A model generated the notes under the pieces. The model ran no database searches, was not told the origin of the DNA, and saw only the letters and a program-made list of their open reading frames with translations. A stretch of 64,000 bases of DNA from Nitrosopumilus sp. (GTDB lineage Archaea > Thermoproteota > Nitrososphaeria > Nitrososphaerales > Nitrosopumilaceae): the NCBI GenBank assembly GCA_965206745.1, contig OZ242220.1, forward strand, positions 1,536,001 through 1,600,000, in the 5' to 3' direction. Numbering within the stretch: position 1 is the first letter of the stretch; the number at the start of each line of letters is the position of its first letter. Made by a program: the position numbers and the translations under genes. Of this stretch, positions 60,394 through 64,000 are shown piece after piece.

Positions 60394-60771
60394 TTAATTA
60401 GGATTACATGGTATATAGATAGTTCTGATCAGCTGCGATCTGCAAGTTATCGGGGTAAAATGTGAAATAATTACAAGATAAAATATAATTTTTTGCCAGT
60501 TACTCAGATGGTACACCATTCAGGAGGCAGACTGATTTTGGGCCAGGCATAAGTTTCCAAAAATTTGCATGTTTCGCTGAAAGAATTATCGGCATTATAC
60601 AGATAGTATTGTGACAAAACAGAGCAGATGCTTGCATTCTCCAGATCGGCACACTACAAAACTCAACAGGATGATATGTCATATCTGACACCCAAACCAG
60701 GCACAAAGACACCCCGGATGGCAACTTGCATGACCCCATACCTTGTATAGTGTGACACGAAATACAATCAG

Positions 60772-61665
60772 TTGAACTATGAGGAACTCGAGCATTTCAT
60801 TTCAGAAAAGATGTCAATGACGCACGTCTACCAGCCAGTCATGATAAAGACCCTCCTAGAGTCAGATAACTGTGCCACAGTGGATGATATTGCAAAAGAG
60901 TTTATCAACTGGGACTACTCGCTGCTGGAATACTACAAGAGGAGGGTCATGGTATGGCCAAAGAGGACGCTGACAGGACACAAGATAGTCAGTTACAGCA
61001 AGAATGTCTTTACTTTACTACTTGATGATGACGTCACACCAGAGCAGAAGAGACACCTAGTCGAGATATGTGACGGCAGAACAGACCAGTACGTTGAGAA
61101 CTATCCTGACCGCCTTGGTACAAAGGCCAACAGGGATGCAACACTCCAGATACAGCGGTATGATATAATGGCCAGGGCAAAGGGGATATGTGCGGCATGC
61201 GGATGCAGAGACAAGGCCCTTGATGTCGACCACATCCTTCCGGTGAACAAGGGCGGGACAGATGAGGCCTCCAACCTGCAGGCCCTGTGCTTTACGTGCA
61301 ACAGGCAGAAGAGGGATCGTGACAAAACGGACTTTGTCATGTGGGCAAAGCGGCTCAAAGACAGGGATTCTGAATGTGCGCTGTGTAACGTGGAACCGAT
61401 AAAATCAAATGAGCTGACATCTACTGTTCGTGCCGTGCAGCCACGCTCCAAGCTGCACTCGCTGGTATTTCCAAAGAGGCATGTGGGTACATTCTTTGAT
61501 ATGATTCCTGCAGAAAGGAACCACTGCCTTGAGATGGTATCTGAAGTGAGGGAGGAGATCATGGAGAGGGACAATACAGTCAGGGGATTCTGCGTAAACT
61601 TTGACTCTGGAAACATTGCAGGCAAGCACCAGCACTGTCATATCCATGTCGTTCCAAGCTACTAG
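60772..61665 (+). CDS. HNH endonuclease - HIT hydrolase fusion
   Basis: HNH part: CAAC...DVDHILP...GG....NLQALCFTCN. HIT part: CALC...HSLVFPKRHV...HCHIHVVP (HxHxH triad). There is an additional N-terminal domain (MTHVYQPVMIKTLL). Confidence 0.9.
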   Translation: MNYEELEHFISEKMSMTHVYQPVMIKTLLESDNCATVDDIAKEFINWDYSLLEYYKRRVMVWPKRTLTGHKIVSYSKNVFTLLLDDDVTPEQKRHLVEICDGRTDQYVENYPDRLGTKANRDATLQIQRYDIMARAKGICAACGCRDKALDVDHILPVNKGGTDEASNLQALCFTCNRQKRDRDKTDFVMWAKRLKDRDSECALCNVEPIKSNELTSTVRAVQPRSKLHSLVFPKRHVGTFFDMIPAERNHCLEMVSEVREEIMERDNTVRGFCVNFDSGNIAGKHQHCHIHVVPSY

Positions 61666-61777
61666 AGGTACGGGTTGGGTCTTTGGATTTTTGAGTGTCA
61701 TTAATGGAGGATAGATTTCATCTGCAAGGATATTCCGGGGAAATTAGCTTGTATGATTAGGATTGATATCAGGGGTT

Positions 61778-62251
61778 TTAGAAATTTTGAGGCTTGCTAG
61801 AGCCAAGAACTGCAAGTGCGGGTTCAATGTCATCACTAGAGTGCCATGCCTCAAAGATATCCCTGTATACCACCATGTTGCCTGGTAATTCGGCTAGTTC
61901 CTCCACATCCTGGGATTTGTTCTCTGGAGTGTCCTTTGACAAATCAAAGAATACCCTCATCACGCTGTGTGGAATGGCAGGATATTTTTGCCCTAGCCGC
62001 TCAAGGTTTTTTGGTGCACTCCATTTTTGCATGAATGCGAGGATTTTGGAATTTCTCCCTGACTTGAGGGTGCTCACCTCAATTATGAACAGGCAGTCCT
62101 CAAATGTAAACAACAGGTCAATTTCACGGGCAGGTTCTGCAACTGACTTTTTAAATTGGGATCTAGAGTCCACAAAGGAGAAACCGATCCTCTCAAGGAA
62201 GACTGCAACCTTGCGCTCATTCTCGTCATTTATTGCAGATGTTTCCAACAT
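61778..62251 (-). CDS. PD-(D/E)XK-fold nuclease-like protein
   Basis: ERKVAVFLERIGF...EIDLLF....LFIIEVS. The catalytic Lys position is Ser. Confidence 0.65.
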   Translation of the reverse strand: MLETSAINDENERKVAVFLERIGFSFVDSRSQFKKSVAEPAREIDLLFTFEDCLFIIEVSTLKSGRNSKILAFMQKWSAPKNLERLGQKYPAIPHSVMRVFFDLSKDTPENKSQDVEELAELPGNMVVYRDIFEAWHSSDDIEPALAVLGSSKPQNF

Positions 62252-62716
62252 CAGAGTTTGGTGTGAGGTGTGTTAAATTACTTTATAATTTGAGAATTTT
62301 TCTTTGATCGGCGTTTTTCTTTAGCGTATAGAATTATCGATGCATCTTTGATTAAACATGAATGAGTATTATTACAAAAATTTGTGCTTAGTTTTTTAAA
62401 TGTCTGATGTTATATCGAATTTTGTCGTAAAATACAAAAAAATCCACACATCCCTATCTGACAACATAGCGATCAGGATTATTTTCGGTTCTGTAACATT
62501 AACGGGGGCTAGGCACAAGTAGAAATATGGATCTTATTCCGATTCGCTGAGACCCAGTTACTGCATGTAAAACACCAAATACGGATCTTCGAATTCAAAA
62601 AAAACCCTTCAAATTTGAGATTTTATCAAGTTATCGAGTGTTTAGCACGAAATACGGATATGACTTCTCATAAAATCAGTAAAGTCTAAATCAGGCTAAT
62701 AAAACACATTTGACAC

Positions 62717-64000
62717 ATGCAAGCAAATTATGCAAATATAGCAAAAAAAGGATTAGAGAAAAATCCATCTGAAGGTCAAGTAGAAAAAGATGTGTTATTA
62801 CCATTATTGGAATTAATAGGATATTCCAACATCAAATCCAAACCAACAATAACAACACAGGCAGGTAGAAAAAAACATAAAGGAACCCAAGCTGATTTGG
62901 TTGCATATCAAACTATTGATAAATTACCTACATTGGTAATAGATGCAAAATCACCTAAAGAAGGAATATCTCGGGCAGATCTGCCACAAGTGCAATCGTA
63001 TGCAATAAGTCCAGATATCAAACCTCGTGCAAAATTTGTAATGCTGTCCAGTGGATATGCAACACAAATTTATCCAATAAATTCTGAAGATCCTCTTTTT
63101 ACATCTGATTTACTCTCATTATTTGATAAAATTGAAGAAATTAGAAATATTTTGACTGGAAAAATTTCAACTACTTTAAAACTTGAACAAATTGATATAG
63201 ATAATTTTTTTAGAAATACTCATGATCTAATGTATAGTCAAGATACGATCAAACCTACCCAAGCTCTAATAATTATGACTAAACTAATGTTAATTAAAAT
63301 ACAAGAAGAAAAAGGATTAACAATATCTAGACTGGGATCTATTTTAGATCATAAAAAAAATTATTTTGATTCTACAAAATCATTAAAAGAAAGGAAAGAA
63401 ATTGAAGATAAAATACGAAGTTATGTTAACAACTTACTAACGCATATCAGTACAGATTTACTTCCTAAAGATGATAGATCTATAGGTAGTCACATCAGTA
63501 TGCCCGTTTTGTTTGAAATTGTTGATGGATTATCAAAACATCATATTGGTTCTGTAAAAGCAGATGTTCAAGGTCGTGCTTTTGAGGTATATCTTGGTAA
63601 AACAATGAAGGGAAGAGAACTTGGTCAATATTTTACGCCTAGACAAATTGTAGATTTTATGGTTGATGTAATAAATCCAAACTACAATGATTTAGTAATT
63701 GATCCTTCATGTGGAACAGGTGGTTTTTTAAAACAGGCTTTTTTAAAAATTAGTGATAATCTAGAAAAAGAAAAAATGATTATAGGAAAAGATGCATATA
63801 TAAAGAAAAGAGATTTTTTGCATAAGGAACAGATCTATGGAATAGATAAAGATCCTTTGGGTGTACAATTATCAATGATCAATATGTTCATGTGGGGCGA
63901 CAGTCATTCTCACATTCATAAACATGATGGGTTAATAGACAAAGACAATGAAATTGTTGAAGAGAAATTTAGCATAGTGTTAACTAATCCTCCGTTTGGA
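62717..64000 (+). CDS. Restriction-modification enzyme: HsdR-N-like nuclease domain fused to an N6-adenine methyltransferase (type IIG/HsdM-like); partial, runs off the right edge
   Basis: Not in the ORF track. Manual translation gives SEGQVEKDVLLPLLELIGY...ADLV...LVIDAK...QVQSYA, then GQYFTPRQIVDFMV, DPSCGTGGFL (motif I) and LTNPPFG (motif IV). The DNA is strongly AT-rich. Confidence 0.9.
   Translation, partial: MQANYANIAKKGLEKNPSEGQVEKDVLLPLLELIGYSNIKSKPTITTQAGRKKHKGTQADLVAYQTIDKLPTLVIDAKSPKEGISRADLPQVQSYAISPDIKPRAKFVMLSSGYATQIYPINSEDPLFTSDLLSLFDKIEEIRNILTGKISTTLKLEQIDIDNFFRNTHDLMYSQDTIKPTQALIIMTKLMLIKIQEEKGLTISRLGSILDHKKNYFDSTKSLKERKEIEDKIRSYVNNLLTHISTDLLPKDDRSIGSHISMPVLFEIVDGLSKHHIGSVKADVQGRAFEVYLGKTMKGRELGQYFTPRQIVDFMVDVINPNYNDLVIDPSCGTGGFLKQAFLKISDNLEKEKMIIGKDAYIKKRDFLHKEQIYGIDKDPLGVQLSMINMFMWGDSHSHIHKHDGLIDKDNEIVEEKFSIVLTNPPFG

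Overview
Archaeal DNA, most likely Nitrososphaerota/Nitrosopumilaceae. This is inferred from the archaeal tRNAs, TATA boxes about 25 bp upstream of apparently leaderless starts, and giant HYR/FN3/cadherin-like surface proteins. After a divergent tRNA-Asp/tRNA-Lys pair (3.2-3.45 kb), almost the whole window looks like an accessory island with five parts. (i) A type IV pilus/Tad-like cluster: VirB11/FlaI-type ATPase, TadC/FlaJ-type platform, three novel secreted proteins, and a ParM-like remnant (4.6-17.9 kb). (ii) Four paralogous HYR-repeat surface proteins in two duplicated pairs. They have hypervariable C-terminal tip domains, variable FN3 copy number, and one copy has systematically gained N-glycosylation sequons. 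(iii) A 5218-aa giant surface protein, with a second family member running off the left edge. (iv) A co-oriented operon resembling the leading region of a conjugative element (ArdC-like, DUF2958-like, small Zn proteins), preceded by two similar fold-back DNA elements. (v) Repeat-delimited hicB and DHFR-like genes, then a defence cluster: an HNH-HIT fusion, a PD-(D/E)XK nuclease, and an AT-rich restriction-modification fusion. I saw no integrase, relaxase, reverse transcriptase or CRISPR array. All family assignments are by-eye motif recognition, not database results.
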